Both the position numbers and the translations under genes were made by a program. A stretch of 64,000 bases of DNA, taken from positions 8,124,001 through 8,188,000 of the forward strand of contig NC_086109.1 in the NCBI RefSeq assembly GCF_963921235.1, given 5' to 3'. Numbering within the stretch: the stretch's first letter is position 1; every line of letters starts with the position of its first letter. The notes under the pieces were generated by a model that saw nothing but the letters and a program-made list of their open reading frames with translations, did not search any database and was not told the DNA's origin. Positions 35,683 to 45,888 of the stretch are shown piece after piece. The DNA is from Mobula hypostoma. Taxonomy: Eukaryota.

Positions 35683-36425
35683 TTTTAGATGTGCGGATGA
35701 CACTGTGTTAATTGGAAGTGCGGAGGGAGAACTACAAAACTTAATTGATATAGTTGTTTAAGAAAGTGCAAAAATGGGTCTATCTATCAGTTGCAAAACG
35801 ACAGAATGTATGGTGATATCCAAAAAGAAGGAGAATCCTATCTGCAGGCTGAGAATAAACAGGGAAGACAAAACAAGTACAGAACTTTTGCTACTTAGGA
35901 AGCTGGATGACATCAGGTGGCAGATGCAACATGGGCATCAAAAGAAGAATAGGGATGGCAAAAGAAACCTTTACGAGAACGAAGAGTATACTGACCAATA
36001 CTAAACTAGGCATGACAACCCGCCTCAGAGTACTGAAATGTTACATTTATCCAGTTATTGAAGCAGCAGAGATGTGGTTTTTGAGAAAGATGCAAAGAAT
36101 ATCATGGATGAAACGAATATCTAATGAGGATGTCATGAACAGAGCAAACACAAAAAGAGAAATAATGTATGAGATCATGAAAAGGCAATGTAACTTCATT
36201 GGCCATGTGATTAGGAAAGAGGAGTTAGAATGCACGGTAATTATGGGAAAGATTGAAGGGAAGAGAGCAAGAGGAAGACAAAGACAAATGATGATGGAGA
36301 CAGCAGCCAGAGAACTGGAAATGAATACCAATGAATTGATCCACTTGACCCGAAACAGGAGTGTGTGGGCCATGGCAGTCAAAGCTCAAACTGGGCATGG
36401 CACCTGATGATGATGATGATGATGA
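35683..36425 (+). mobile_element. RTE-clade LINE 3' fragment inserted in a V-SINE
   Basis: RT remnant CADDTVLI...GLSISCKTTECMVI, then IEAAEMWFLRKMQRISW and GKIEGKRARGRQR, with a (TGA)n tail. TSD tgctgRcaggaa at 35671-35682 and 36426-36437. The host V-SINE spans about 35458-36465. Confidence 0.88.
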
Positions 36426-36844
36426 TGCTGACAGGAAGGGCCTGTTCCAAACTGTATCTCTCTTAAGTAAGTAAAAATTACAATACTGTCCTATCTGCCC
36501 ATGATGTTGTTCTGACCTTTTCAAAGTTCAAAGTAAATTTATTATCAAGGTATGTAAGTGTCGCCCTATACTATCCTGAGATTTATTTTCTTGCAGGCAT
36601 TTACAGTAGAGCAAAGAAATACAATAGAATCAATGAAAAACGACACACAAAGACTGATAAACAACCAATGTGCAAAAGAAGACAAACTGTGCTAATGCAA
36701 ATATAATACTAATAAATAAATGAGTAAATACTATTGAGAACGAGTTGTAGAATCCTTGCTGGTGAGTTGAATCAGTGCGGTGTTCTTGTGGCAGCGTTCA
36801 TTGTGGGTGTGCTCAGTAGCAGGGAGGGCTTTTCCTGTCACGGA

Positions 36845-37856
36845 CTGGCCTACTCCAAGATCAGTCTAATCCTTCCCTTCCAATAAGCTCCCCATTTTTC
36901 CAATTATCTGTCTGCCAAGCCAAGAGTGTCTTAAATGCCCTTGAAGTATCTTCCTGCACCCCTCCTGGCAGCATGTTCCACACACTTGCCCCTCTCTGTA
37001 AAAACAAGCCAACCTCTGATATCCCTCCCCCCCCCGCCCCCCAATACTTTCCTCCAAAAATGATGCCCTCACGAATTGGCCATTTCCACCCCGGGAAAGA
37101 GTCTCTGGCTGTCCACCCTGTCTTACCATATACACTCTATCCAGTCACTGCTCATCTCCTTCGCTCCGAAGAGAAAAACACCAGCTCACTCAGCTTTTCC
37201 CCAATATCCAGACAGCATCATGGTAAATCTCCTCTGCACCCTCTCTAAAGCTTCCACGCCTTATAATGAGGTGACCAGAACTGAACACAATACTCCAAGT
37301 ATGGTCTAACCATAGTTTTATGGAGCTGCAGTATTACCTCATGGCTCTTAAACTCAGTCTCCTGACTAATGAAGGCCAACACACACCTCCTGCCGCCTTA
37401 ATCACCCTATCAACGTGTATGACAACATTTAGGGATCTCTGTACATGGACCCCAAGGTCCCTCTGTACCTCTACACTAAGAACCCTGCCATTGAACCTGT
37501 ATTCTGCCTTCAAATTTGACCTTACAAGTGATAGCATGAAAGTTTGCAGATGCTGGAAATCTAAGCCACATGCACAAAATTCTGGAGGAACTCAGCAGGC
37601 CAGGCAGCATCTATGGAGAAGAATAGATGTTGCCTGACCTGCTGAGTTCCTTCATCATTTTGTGTGACCTTACAAATGAACCACTTAACATTTTTCGAAA
37701 TTGAACTCCATCTGCCACATTTCAGCCCAGCTCTGCATCCTGTCAATGTCCTGCTGCACCCTACAGCAACATTTTATGCTCTCCACAACACTACCAAACT
37801 TCATGTCACCTGCAACCTACTTCCTCATTCAATCATTTATAAAAATTACAAAGAGC
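36845..37856 (-). mobile_element. Decayed CR1 3' portion
   Basis: Minus motifs VQRDLGVHVQRSLNV and WQMEFNFEKC, plus a CR1 3' UTR. Confidence 0.75.
37528..37664. mobile_element. Fold-back (palindromic) Penelope pseudo-LTR insert
   Basis: 11-bp TSD tgaccttacaa at 37517-37527 and 37665-37675; arms ggaactcagcaggccaggcagcatctat / atagatgttgcctgacctgctgagttcc. Confidence 0.8.
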
Positions 37857-38131
37857 AGGGATTTGTGTTTTATATTTGTAATTAATTTAGATAACTTTGT
37901 AGAGATTTGTTTTCACTTTAACACAAAAGTGTCTTTTTCGATTGGCCATTTCCACTCTGGGAAAAAGTCTCTGGCTGTCCACCCTGTCTTACCATATACA
38001 CTCTATCCAGTCACTGCTCATCTCCTTCGCTCCGAAGAGAAAAACACCGGCTCACTCAGCCTTCAACAGAAAATAGTCATAGTCATAGTCATACCCCCGG
38101 GATCAATAAAGTATGACTATGACTATGACTA

Positions 38132-41100
38132 TTGGATCATTGGGACCTCTTTTGGCGCAGGTGTGACCTGTACAAAAAGGACGGGTTACACTTGAATCCT
38201 AGGGGGACCAATATCCTGGCAGGGAGATTAGCGAGGGCTACTGAGGTGACTTTAAACTAGAATGGTTGGGGGGTGGGAATCAAATTAAAGAGGCTAGGCG
38301 TGAGGAGGTTAGTTCACAACAGGGGGATGGGAACCAGTGCAGAGAGACAGAGGGGTGGAAAGTGAGGGGAGAAGCAAAAAGTACCAAGGAGAAGAGTAAA
38401 AGTGGCAGGCCGACAAATCCAGGGCAAGCATTAAAAAGGGCCACTTTTCAACATAATTGTATAAGGGCTAAGAGAGTTGTAAAAGAGCGCCTGAAGGCTT
38501 TGTGTGTCAATGCAAGGAGCATTCGTAATAAGGTGGATGAATTGAAAGTGCAGATTGTTATTAATGATTATGATATAGTTGGGATCACAGAGACACGGCT
38601 CCAGGGTGACCAAGGATGGGAGCTCAACGTTCAGGGATATTCAATATTCAGGAGGGATAGACATGAAGGAAGGGGAGGTGGGGTGGCGTTGCTGGTTAAA
38701 GAAGAGATTAACGCAATAGAAAGGAAGGACATAAGCCGGGAAGATGTGGAATCGATATGGGTAGAGCTGCGTAACACTAAGGGGCAGAAGACGCTGGTGG
38801 GAGTTGTGTACAGGCCACCTAACAGTAGTAGTGAGGTCGGAGATGGTATTAAACAGGAAATTAGAAATGTGTGAAATAAAGGAACAGCAGTTATAATGGG
38901 TGACTTCAATCTACATGTAGATTGGGTGAACCAAATTGGTAAAGGTGCTGAGGAAGAGGATTTCTTGGAATGTATGCGGGATGGTTTTTTGAACCAACAT
39001 GTCGAGGAACCAACTAGAGAGCAGGCTATTCTGGACTGGGTTTTGAGCAATGAGGAAGGGTTAATTAGCAATCTTGTCGTGAGAGGCCCCTTGGGTAAGA
39101 GTGACCATAATATGGTGGAATTCTTCATTAAGATGGAGAGTGACGTAGTTAATTCAGAAACAAAGGTTCTGAACTTAAAGAGGGGTAACTTTGAAGGTAT
39201 GAGACGTGAATTAGCTAAGATAGACTGGCAAATGACACTTAAAGGATTGACGGTGGATATGCAATGGCAAGCATTTAAAGGTTGCATGGATGAACTACAA
39301 CAATTGTTCATCCCAGTGTGGCAAAAGAATAAATCAAGGAAGGTAGTGCACCTGTGGCTGACAAGAGAAATTAGGGATAGTATCAATTCCAAAGAAGAAG
39401 CATACAAATTAGCCAGAGAAAGTGGATCACCTGAGGACTGGGAGAAATTCAGAGTTCAGCAGAGGAGGACAAAGGGCTTAATTAGGAAGGGGAAAAAAGA
39501 TTATGAGAGAAAACTGGCAGGGAACATAAAAACTGACTGTAAAAGCTTTTATAGATATGTAAAAAGGAAAAGACTGGTAAAGACAAATGTAGGTCCCGTA
39601 CAGACAGAAACAGGTGAATTGATTATGGGGAGCAAGGACATGGCAGACCAATTGAATAATTACTTTGGTTCTGTCTTCACTAAGGAGGACATAAATAATC
39701 TTCCAGAAATAGTAGGGGACAGAGGGTCCAGTGAGATGGAGGAACTGAGCGAAATACTTGTTAGTAGGGAAGTGGTGTTAGGTAAATTGAAGGGATTGAA
39801 GGCAGATAAATCCCCAGGGCCAGATGGTCTGCATCCTAGAGTGCTTAAGGAAGTAGCCCAAGAAATAGTGGATGTATTAGTGATAATTTTTCAAAACTCG
39901 TTAGATTCTGGGCTAGTTCCTGAGGATTGGAGGGTGGCTAATGTAACCCCACTTTTTAAAAAAGGAGGGAGAGAGAAACCGGGGAATTATAGACCCGTTA
40001 GCCTAACGTCGGTGGTGGGGAAACTGCTGGAGTCAGTTATCAAAGATGTGATAACAGCACATTTGGAAAGCGGTGAAATGATCGGACAAAGTCAGCATGG
40101 ATTTGTGAAAGGAAAATCATGTCTGACGAATCTCATAGAATTTTTTGAGGATGTAACTAGTAGAGTGGATAGGGAAGAACCAGTGGATGTGGTATATTTG
40201 GATTTTCAAAAGGCTTTTGACAAGGTCCCACACAGGAGATTAGTGTGCAAACTTAAAGCACACGGTATTGGGGGTAAGGTATTGATGTGGATAGAGAATT
40301 GGTTAGCAGACAGGAAGCAAAGAGTGGGAATAAACGGGACCTTTTCAGAATGGCAGGCGGTGACTAGTGGGGTACCGCAAGGCTCAGTGCTGGGACCCCA
40401 GTTGTTTACAATATATATTAATGACTTGGATGAGGGAATTAAATGCAGCATCTCCAAGTTTGCGGATGACACGAAGCTGGGTGGCAGTGTTAGCTGTGAG
40501 GAGGATGCTAAGAGGATGCAGAGTGACTTGGATAGGTTGGGTGAGTGGGCAAATTCATGGCAGATGCAATTTAATGTGGATAAATGTGAAGTTATCCACT
40601 TTGGTGGCAAAAATAGGAAAACAGATTATTATCTGAATGGTGGCCGATTGGGAAAAGGGGAGGTGCAACGAGACCTGGATGTCATTATATACCAGTCATT
40701 GAAAGTGGGCATGCAGGTACAGCAGGCGGTGAAAAAGGCGAATGGTATGCTGGCATTTATAGCGAGAGGATTCGAGTACAGGAGCAGGGAGGTACTGCTG
40801 CAGTTGTACAAGGCCTTGGTGAGACCACACCTGGAGTATTGTGTGCAGTTTTGGTCCCTTAATCTGAGGAAAGACATCCTTGCCATAGAGGGAGTACAAA
40901 GAAGGTTCACCAGATTGATTCCTGGGATGGCAGGACTTTCATATGAAGAAAGACTGGATGAACTGGACTTGTACTCGTTGGAATTTAGAAGATTGAGGGG
41001 GGATCTGATTGAAACGTATAAAATCCTAAAGGGATTGGACAGGCTAGATGCAGGAAGATTGTTCCTGATGTTGGGGAAGTCCAGAACAAGGGGTCACAGT

Positions 41101-41392
41101 TTGAGAAAAAGGGGAAGCCTTTTAGGACCGAGATTAGGAAAAACTTCTTCACACAGAGAGTGGTGAATCTGTGGAATTCTCTGCCACAGGAAACAGTTGA
41201 GGCCAGTTCATTGGCTATATTTAAGAGGGAGTTAGATATGGCCCTTGTGGCTACGGGGATCAGAGGGTATGGAGGGAAGGCTGGGGCGGGGTTCTGAGTT
41301 GGATGATCAGCCATGATCATAATAAATGGCGGTGCAGGCTCGAAGGGCCGAATGGCCTACTCCTGCACCTATTTTCTATGTTTCTAATATTT
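38132..41392 (+). mobile_element. Young CR1-clade LINE, 5'-truncated in ORF1, ORF2 nearly intact
   Basis: Begins with the ORF1 esterase end DHWDLFW...DGLHLNPRGTNILAG and ends with the tail gaagggccgaatggcctactcctgc...ttctatgtttcta. ORF2 has APE and RT domains. Confidence 0.95.
38266..41166 (+). pseudogene. CR1 ORF2 (APE endonuclease plus reverse transcriptase), one premature stop and a terminal frameshift
   Basis: ORFs 38266-38874 and 38896-41166 share a frame, separated by one TGA at 38872. Motifs: NARSIRNK, GITET, GGGVAL, GVVYRPP, MGDFN, SDH, NYRPVSLTS, LDFQKAFDKVPH, GVPQGSVLGP, FADDTK. The frame is lost near 41105. Confidence 0.92.
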
Positions 41393-41510
41393 CTATTTTC
41401 TGTTGATCGGTGTCAAAAAGGCCACAAATTAAATCCACTGTTATTCAGTGTTGTAAAACAATAAAACATGAAAACTTCGGGTGGGGGGGGGCTTTTGTAG
41501 GCACTGTATA
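41393..41510. mobile_element. Tc1-like terminal fragment, continuing 37857-37940
   Basis: Typical Tc1-like end tgtaaaacaataaaacatgaaaac...gggggg...ttttgtaggcactg followed by TA. Confidence 0.55.
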
Positions 41511-41529
41511 TATTTCTTATTATTAATAG

Positions 41530-42004
41530 TATTTTATGTATTGCACTGTACTGCTGCAAAAAATAATTATGACATACATAAGTGGTGATAAACCTGATTC
41601 TGATATGAGTCTCTATTGTAGATTGAGAGTGGGAAGAGAACGGGGAGACGGGAATGAATCATGGTTGGGAAAAGAGGAAGAGAGAGGAGGGAGCAGGAAG
41701 CACCAGAGAGCAGAGAGACATTCTGTAATGATCAATAAACCAATTGTTTGGAATCAAATTACCTTGCTTGGTGTCTCAAGGCTGGGTGTCTGCACCTGTA
41801 CCACCCCCCCATCCCTGGCACTCCCTTGTCTGCCACCTGTCCCATACCCTTCCCACGGCACTCCATCCTCACCATTCCCAACATTCCTTGCTCCTGATAG
41901 ATTTACAAACTTGGTCTCTGCTCCACGTTGACAAATGCAGTACTGTGCAAAAGTCTTAGGCAACCTAGCTATAAGTATGTTCCTGAGACATTTGGACAGT
42001 ACTG
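41530..42004. mobile_element. Second copy of the MITE-associated segment seen at 17877-18418
   Basis: Inverted homology to 18046-18369, followed by a mini-MITE at 41938-42004 (cagtactgtgcaaaagtcttaggc...cagtactg). Confidence 0.65.
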
Positions 42005-43056
42005 AAAGTCAGTGTTAGTAAATCCGATTCTATTTGTGTGTAGCTCCATCTTGTGCAGTAGCATTTAATGTTTAAGGATACCTTTATTTTTCAAATGTTC
42101 ACCTGGAAACAACTTTTATGTTCAGCGAGTTTAATATTTTTAATGTTAAATATTTAATATAGTTAATTTTTAAGTAATAGCTGATCTAATCAAGTTAAAT
42201 ATTTTAATAATATTTCTGTGTGCTTTATCGTTCATTATATTTACAAAGAAAATCTTTCTTTTGCTCTCCCTCCCACCCTTCACCCACCAACTGTTGCCAA
42301 TTTTACTTCCTGCTGGAAATGTGATTCCAAGGTAGATGTTTATCGTTGAAGTGACGTTAATTAGCTACCGCTCAGCGTCATTTGGGTTCAGTGAAACCAA
42401 TTAGACGTTAAAGACCGAACATTTCTTTTCAGTCAAAAAGAATTAAAGGTTAAAATCGAAAGTTTAGAATTCGAAGAATTAAAGTTGCAGCTTGCAATTT
42501 TAAAGTGATTTAAGCTTAAATTGCTCCTGGTGCTGAGGAGAAAATAAAGTTCTTATTGCAGATTAGTTATTTATTATAATACATCGCAGAACAGGCCCTT
42601 TTGGCTCTTTGAGCCCTGCTGCTCAGCAGCCCCCAGTTTAACTGTGCCCTATTCATAGAACAATTTACAATGACCAATTAACCTACCAACTGGCACACCT
42701 TTGGACTGTGGGAGGAATCCAGACCACACGGCCACAGAAAAAATGGATAAACTCCTCACGGACAACGGCGGGAATTGAACCTGGGTCATTGGTGCTATGC
42801 TTCACCTCTGTCCCTTTGTCAGTCTAACAGCAATTAGTCAGAGGTCGAAGTCCGACTCTGATCCTGCGTGAAGGAGGAGCCCATGAACTTTCCATTATCA
42901 GCTTGGCGCAGCTAGTCGTGTTGCCGTCTCATAGCTCCAGTAAGCCAAGCTCAATCCTGACCTCCGGCTCTCTGTGTGCAAAGTTTGCCAGCTCTCTCCA
43001 CGACCTCCATTTTAGTCCTGCATCCCAAGAGTGCTGGACGGCTGCTGTTATAAATT

Positions 43057-43090
43057 GTCCTGATGAAGGATCTCGGCCCGAAACGTCGAC
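43057..43090 (+). ncRNA. Minimal type-I hammerhead ribozyme motif (Penelope-associated), catalytic core intact
   Basis: GTC-CTGATGA-A-GGATCTCGGCCC-GAAA-CGTC|GAC: cores CUGAUGA (43060-66) and GAAA (43080-83), palindromic ACGT stem III, GUC cleavage triplet and 3-bp stem I. The pLTR continues to about 43192. Confidence 0.7.
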
Positions 43091-43444
43091 TTGTTTATTC
43101 CCCTCCGTAGATGCTGCCTGACCTGCTGAGTTCCTCCAGCACATTGTGTGTGTTGCTCTAGATTTCTAGCATCTGCAGTACCTCTTATGTCTAACAATTA
43201 TCCCTAATATTTGTAGACGGAAGGTGAATTGAGGGGAATGTGAATAGGTTACAGGGACATGGGATTGCTCTGAAAACCAGAATTGACTCGATAGACAGAA
43301 TGGCCTGCCTTAATGTTGTAAGGAAACAAAAGTAAGAATTTTATTAGGTTGTTTAATGTGTGTTGGAGGGACCAAGGATTGATAATAATTTTTGTTCATG
43401 TGTATTCATTTCTAAGCAATTACATGGCTGAGTCATAGCTGAGG

Positions 43445-43725
43445 TGATATGGTAGTGTAGTGGTTAGCACAACACTTTCAGGACAAGTGACCCAGGTTCA
43501 ATTCCCACTGCTGCCTGTTAGGGAGTTTGTATGTTTTGCCCGCGACTGTGTAGGTTTATTCCGGGTGTTCCGGTTTCCTCCCACAGTCCAAAGACGTACT
43601 GATTGGTAGGTTAATTGGTCATTGTAAGTTGTCCTGTGATTAGGCTAGGGTTATCTCAGGGGTTTCTGGTCTCATAGTCTCGGAGGATCAGAAGGGCTTA
43701 TTCTGTGCCATATCTCAATAAAGTA
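43445..43725 (+). mobile_element. V-SINE (HE1-like), full length
   Basis: Head ggtagtgtagtggttagc...ggttcaattccc, V-domain and CR1-like tail. Confidence 0.8.
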
Positions 43726-44840
43726 AAATATATTTCACGCCAGATTCAGATTTATTTAAAGCATACAGTGAAATGCATCGTTTGCGTTAGCAACCAACAC
43801 AACTAAAGGATATGCTGGGCGCAGTCCGCAAGTACCACCACACATTCTGGAGCCAACGTTGTATGCTCATAGTGTGCATGGCCCCAGGATAAAGGGACGT
43901 CCTGTTAGAACTGAGAGGAGGAGGAATTTCTTCAGCCAGAGGGTGGTGAATCTGTGGAATTCATTGCCACAGACAGCTGTGGAGGCCAGGTCATTGGGCA
44001 TATTTAAGACAGAGATTGTTAGGTTCTTGATTGGTAAAGAGGTTAAAAGTTACAGGCAGAGGGCAGATGAATTGTATTGGAGAAAAAAATCACTCATAAT
44101 TAAATAATGGAACAGAATAGATGGACCAGATGTCCTAATTCTGCTCTTATATCTTAGTATCCTCTTGGTATTCTCATTCCCACTTAATGTAGATGGCCCC
44201 TAACCTCTAATGTTGGTGATTAGACATTGTTGACCTGAATGCAGATTTTCCACAGAGTCCCTGGAACATCACATGAACCCAGACGCAATTTTTCCTGCTG
44301 TAAATAAATTATTAGGTAACATGGTATGGAAGACTATTTGTCCAATGAACACATTTCTGATGAGGCATCTATGAGGAGCAAACTAATACTCTGGCTGACA
44401 TCTCTGCATCTCCTTACTCCAAAACAAAACCAGTTTGACACATGTTGAAGCCTGCGTACTGATTGCCAAACAACTCCACTGTACACCTTGCACACAATGA
44501 TGGCTTGTGGTCATCAATTATTAAATATTGTTGATTGACTGAGGACTCGGAAGATTAGAACTGGTGTGGAATAGTCATGGGCTTTTTCCCCCAACATATC
44601 TCCAAAGGACCTGTTTCAATTTGGATTCTGTCAGATTCCTCTTGTGGGATGGGTGGTGGGGGCTTGTGTCCCATAATGGCCTTGTCAGCCAATTCAGGCG
44701 TGCACGTCAAAACGTGCAGTGAGATGCGTTGTTTGTGTTAGCATGCAATGCAGTCTGAGGATGTGCCGGGGGCAGCCTGCAATTGTCGTCACACATCCCA
44801 GTGCCAACGTAGCATGTCCGCCGTGTTCAGCAGAACAACT

Positions 44841-45620
44841 CAAGCAACAGCAAGACCAACAGAACAACAGCAAGAACAATAGAACAACAGCATGAACAAT
44901 AGAACAACAGTGAGACCAACAGAACAGCAGCGAGACCAATAGAACAACAGCGAGACCAGTAGAACAACAGCGAGACCAGTAGAACAACAGCGAGACCAAT
45001 AGAACAACAGCATGAACAATAGAACAACAGTGAGACCAACAGAACAACAGCGAGACCAACAGAGCAACAGCGAGACCAGTAGAACAACAGCGAGACCAGT
45101 AGAACAACAGCGAGACCAACAGAGCAACAGCGAGACCAGTAGAACAACAGCATGAACAATAGAACAACAGTGAGACCAACAGAACAGCAGCGAGACCAAT
45201 AGAACAACAGCGAGAACAACAGAGCAACAGCGAGACCAGTAGAACAACAGCGAGACCAGTAGAACAACAGCGAGACCAGTAGAACAACAGCATGAACAAT
45301 AGAACAACAGTGAGACCAACAGAACAACAGCGAGACCAACAGAGCAACAGCGAGACCAGTAGAACAACAGCATGAACAATAGAACAACAGTGAGACCAAC
45401 AGAACAACAGTGAGACCAACAGAGCAACAGCGAGACCAGTAGAACAACAGCAAGACCAGTAGAACAACAGCGAGACCAATAGAACAACAGCGAGACCAGT
45501 AGAACAACAGCGAGACCAATAGAACAACAGCGAGACCAGTAGAACAACAGTGAGAACAACAGAACAACAGCGAGACCAATAGAACAACAGCGAGACCAGT
45601 AGAACAACAGCGAGACCAGT
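44841..45620. repeat. 20-bp minisatellite, 39 units, consensus AGAACAACAGCGAGACCAGT
   Basis: Exact 20-nt register over 780 bp with recurrent variant units. It arises at the agaacaac motif of a non-autonomous repeat starting near 44700. Confidence 0.95.
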
Positions 45621-45666
45621 AGAACAACAGAACAACAGCACAACATCATGGGCTGAAGGACCTGTA

Positions 45667-45888
45667 TTCTTCTTCTTCTTCTTCTTGTGCCCTAGACTCC
45701 CAGTGGAACACAGGCCTCATCATCCAAAGTTGACGGAACAGTAAGAGTTCATCAATGTTCTTGCAATCCATTGCATCCACTGTACAGAGGATTGGCTCAT
45801 ACAGCTTCACCAGAGCTCGGTTGGCCAGCCTTACCCGTTTCCACCTCTCACGACAGGGATGTAGGGTTGGACTTTGAGAGGCAAAGGG
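45667..45888 (-). mobile_element. Short retroposon with (GAA)n tail, possibly RTE-mobilised, inserted in a CR1 tail
   Basis: (ttc)n at the left end; ctgta is duplicated on both flanks, splitting gggctgaaggacctgta|ctgtgctgtaatgttct. Confidence 0.5.

Noticed and set aside
38631..39407. 258-aa minus-strand ORF and similar antisense ORFs over LINEs
   Set aside because: These are shadow frames of CR1 ORF2.
44841..45620. CRISPR-like array
   Set aside because: There are no unique spacers, the units are contiguous tandem variants, the context is vertebrate, and no cas genes are present.
44694..45649. Three overlapping minus-strand ORFs of 266-315 aa rich in Cys, Leu and Val
   Set aside because: They are translations of a stop-free 20-bp minisatellite and are open in all three frames.
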